Shown one piece after another: positions 62,481 through 64,000 of a stretch of 64,000 nt of DNA. Position 1 is the first letter of the stretch. Each line of letters begins with the position of its first letter. The stretch is from Spizellomyces punctatus DAOM BR117 (taxonomy: Eukaryota). The position numbers and the translations under genes were made by a program. Under the pieces are notes generated by a model that ran no database searches, was not told the DNA's origin, and worked only from the letters and a program-made list of their open reading frames with translations. Location of the stretch: NCBI GenBank assembly GCA_000182565.2, contig KQ257453.1; one strand, 5' to 3'.

Positions 62481-64000
62481 TCACGTAAACATGAATACCT
62501 CTTTTTGCCCATCAGACATGCGTGCAACCCGTTTACTCCCGACCACACGTTCCAGTTTCAACCGGTCGTACCGCGTAAACAGCACAGTACATGTAATGTC
62601 TGCTGATTGTTGATCAAGCATGTTGATCATTTCGGCGTAGTAGCTGCCGTATTCGGGTAACCCATAAAACACAATGTGACGGATTCCTCGGATTTGATAT
62701 CTAAAGAAGGTCGCAGGAAATGTTATCAAAAGGAGCATAAATCCTTAACACAAGATCATAACTTGCCTCCGAAAAAAGTGAAACCGCTCTGTGTAAAGCA
62801 TGTAACTGGACTTGCCATGGAAAAAGTCCCCACGAGCCCGTGATACATCGGGAGTTGGCGTATACCTGTGCGGTGCATTGGTCACTACCTTGCCCAACCG
62901 ACCGCCGGATACAAAAAGAAAGCAAAACAAAGATCACTCACTCGCATAGCTGGACAAAATCATAATGATGCTCATCCAAGTAGTTTCTCAATCGCACGAA
63001 ATCAAAATACGACGGCACAAAAATCATGGAATGCTTTTGTTGTACCACGCTTTGGCGGAGGGTAGGAAGGATTTTTTCAATGAAATATTTGAAACGAGTG
63101 TCGTCAGCCTCGGATGGCGATGTGCAGGGAATTCTGTGGAATATCTTTGCAATCGACGAATATCAGCAACCTGAAACAGCACTTTAAATGGAGGGTAAAT
63201 GTACCTGTGGAACTTGGACCACCACATCACATATCGATCCCGAACACTGTTCTCGGGTTTTTATCTTTCCCCCCGAGTTCTTGCAGGATTTGTTGAACAG
63301 GGCATTCATTTCGGGAACGAGCATGTGGGAAAAGATTAATGTCTGACGCACGTATTTCGCTCTATAGGATCAGTAACAAAATTCTTGTCAGTTGGCTGAA
63401 ATATATCATGACATGCAATAACAAAACCAAAGATGTTTACCGTCCATCCAAGTAATAGGCACGGACACGAGAAAAGTCGCATCCATGCGCTTCTTTTGGT
63501 ATCAGATTCAAATGATCAAATATATGTTGAACATGATCCCAGTTTTGCATTAGAAACACATCCGTTTGATCCAGGATGACCACTTCAATAGCAGAAAGAA
63601 AGTCAAAGTCCCGCTTCTTGTCCCTGTCAATATGATCGGAGACGTTTTCAGTATATAGCACATTGTGTGTGAACCTGGAGTTCCTGCTCACCCTTCAGCA
63701 CCAATCACCATCCTCAATCCCAAAGGCGAGGCTAGGATGACATCTGACGAGTAAAACGGGGCAAACAGCTTCAATTGCTTTCGTGCAAATTTGATACCGA
63801 CACGGAAACAGTCATCAATGTTGCCAGCGAACGTTTGTTTATGATCCTCTATGATATAGTCAATAAAGATGTAAGATACAAAGATTTATGAGACTGCATC
63901 TCGATGCCTACCTGGCTTTCTTGGGTCCATTCGATCATCTTCTGGCGCTATACCAAACTCATCAAAAAAGCGCTTTTTATTGTCCTATGCAAGCGAGTCA
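62481..64000 (-). CDS. UTP25: U3 snoRNA-associated protein 25 (DUF1253), 5' end outside the window
   Basis: [65 protein letters not shown] and [13 protein letters not shown]. Confidence 0.93.

Overview
Compact, intron-rich eukaryotic DNA of fungal type. An early-diverging, chytrid-like lineage is inferred from the ADCY10-type cyclase and the dense 45-130 nt GT-AG introns. The window holds about 29 protein genes and two identical, oppositely oriented tRNA-Ile(AAT) genes. Most genes are housekeeping: CDO1, ARF1, INCENP, CAC2, TUP1, MPDU1, CASP/COY1, NOT2, a DENN protein, PNC1, a subtilase, an isochorismatase-like protein, a MAPK phosphatase, a DnaJ protein, thioredoxin, LUC7, DCTN5, FRQ1, IFA38 and partial UTP25. 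The accessory-looking part is the first 5 kb. There, a multi-exon HNH (HNH_2/Crinkler-type) nuclease gene that the ORF track does not show is interrupted by a perfect 149-bp triplication and followed directly by an inverted ~92%-identical copy of the 5' part of the neighbouring CDO1 gene. Other notable items are an aldo-keto reductase lacking its catalytic Tyr and His, a stathmin-like helical protein, a soluble-adenylyl-cyclase/STAND protein, a possibly secreted nicotinamidase, and several micro-exons including a candidate 3-nt exon in thioredoxin. All exon structures were assembled by eye and no database searches were run. Gene ends, especially the starts, are approximate.
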